Source of the DNA: Eledone cirrhosa
Taxonomy: Eukaryota
Assembly (NCBI GenBank): GCA_964016885.1
Contig: OZ024747.1
Span: 34,596,001-34,660,000, forward strand
DNA length: 64,000 bases
Direction of reading: 5' to 3'
The translations under genes were made by a program, and so were the position numbers. Positions 62,938 to 64,000 of this stretch are shown in pieces. Position 1 is the stretch's first letter; every line of letters starts with the position of its first letter. Below the pieces are notes generated by a model. It did no database searches and was not told the origin of the DNA. It worked only from the letters and a program-made list of their open reading frames with translations.

Positions 62938-63957
62938 GAGAAGTAGAAAAGTAAGGGTTGATGGCTACAAGAAGGAAGATAGAAAGGAAGAGGAAGAAAG
63001 GTCGATATTAATGTCAGACCACAGTCAAGCCAGGAGTGGCGCGAGAAAATTTTAACAGGGACCCGCATCTTAGCGGAGATGAATATATTGGGAGTCAGTG
63101 TTTTACAGTGTTTAGACTTCTAGGATGAAGTTAAAAAAAATTTAATAATCAATATTCAATATTAAAGAGGTTAGAAAATTTAAAGTTCAACAGTTTAACA
63201 ATTAATTATATAATAGTTCCGATTTGTTCTGTAATTTAAAGGTACTATTTGGCGGTTAAAACAACGGCCGCGCCCCGGGCCCAATGGCGAATTAAGCCAC
63301 GCCGAGTATTTTCATTTACTGAATGAAGGGGAAATTTATTTTTCCAAGCACTCCAGGTGAGCTCGTTCGCCAGGGAGCTGGTCGCGCCGCCATTAAAACC
63401 CACCCAACAGTCCGACAGAAAGTTGGAACTTTAAAATTTAGCTTAGAGAAGTAAAAGAGTAATGGTTGATAGCTACAAGAAGGAAGATAGAAAGAGAGAG
63501 GAAGGAAGGTCGATATTAATGTCACACCACAGTCGGGCCAGGAGTGGCGCGACAAAATTTTCACAGGGACTCGCATCTTAGCAGAGGTGAATATACTGGG
63601 GGTCAGTGTGTTACAATGTTTAGACTTATAGGATGAAGTTAAAAAATTAATAAATTAATAATCAATATTCCATATTAAAGAGGTTAGAAAACTTAAAGCT
63701 CAACAGTTTCAGGTTGATATATATAATAGTTCCGATTTGTTCTGTAATTTAAAGGTACTATTTGGCGGTCAAAACACTGGCCGCGCCCCGGGCCCCATGG
63801 CTAATTAAGCCACGCCGAGTATTTTCATTTACTGAAAGAAGGGGAATTTATTTTTCCAAGCACTCCAGGTGAGCCCGTTCGCCAGGGAGCTGGTCGCGCC
63901 GCCGCTAAAACCCACCCAACGGTCCGACAGAAAGTTGGAACTTTAGAATTTTGCTTA
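62938..63957. repeat. ~510-bp tandem duplication (two diverged copies)
   Basis: GAGAAGTA starts at 62938 and 63446; AGTTGGAACTTTA occurs at 63421 and 63933. Confidence 0.9.
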
Positions 63958-64000
63958 ACTCTATCGGATGAAGTTGAAAGAATTCAGAATAACATTATGA

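Overview
Repeat-dominated, AT-rich animal genomic DNA. The SINE family and dense (TA)n/(CA)n microsatellites suggest an octopod cephalopod (inference). No intact host gene is recognisable, and most ORFs in the track are microsatellite or antisense artefacts. Two regimes stand out. (1) Positions 1-36 kb and 62-64 kb hold three decayed Penelope-like retroelements (PLEs) and many short pLTR-like pieces. These carry at least 9 hammerhead ribozyme motifs with intact cores (6 sequence types, 3 present as mirror pairs) and several one-mismatch relics. Many sit in divergent fold-back palindromes, four with 17-20 nt spacers, often beside (TA)n tracts. One ribozyme has a ~116-nt stem II region. (2) Positions 38.2-61.7 kb are a nested array in (AAT)n/(TTA)n microsatellite: five Tx1/L1-clade LINE copies, three R4/Dong-like fragments and two SINEs. 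Their orientation follows the microsatellite strand, which flips at ~48.9 kb. The Tx1-like copies join two different 5'UTR/ORF1 modules to a near-identical ORF2, and their 3' end resembles the SINE tail. All motifs were read by eye; no searches or folding programs were run.
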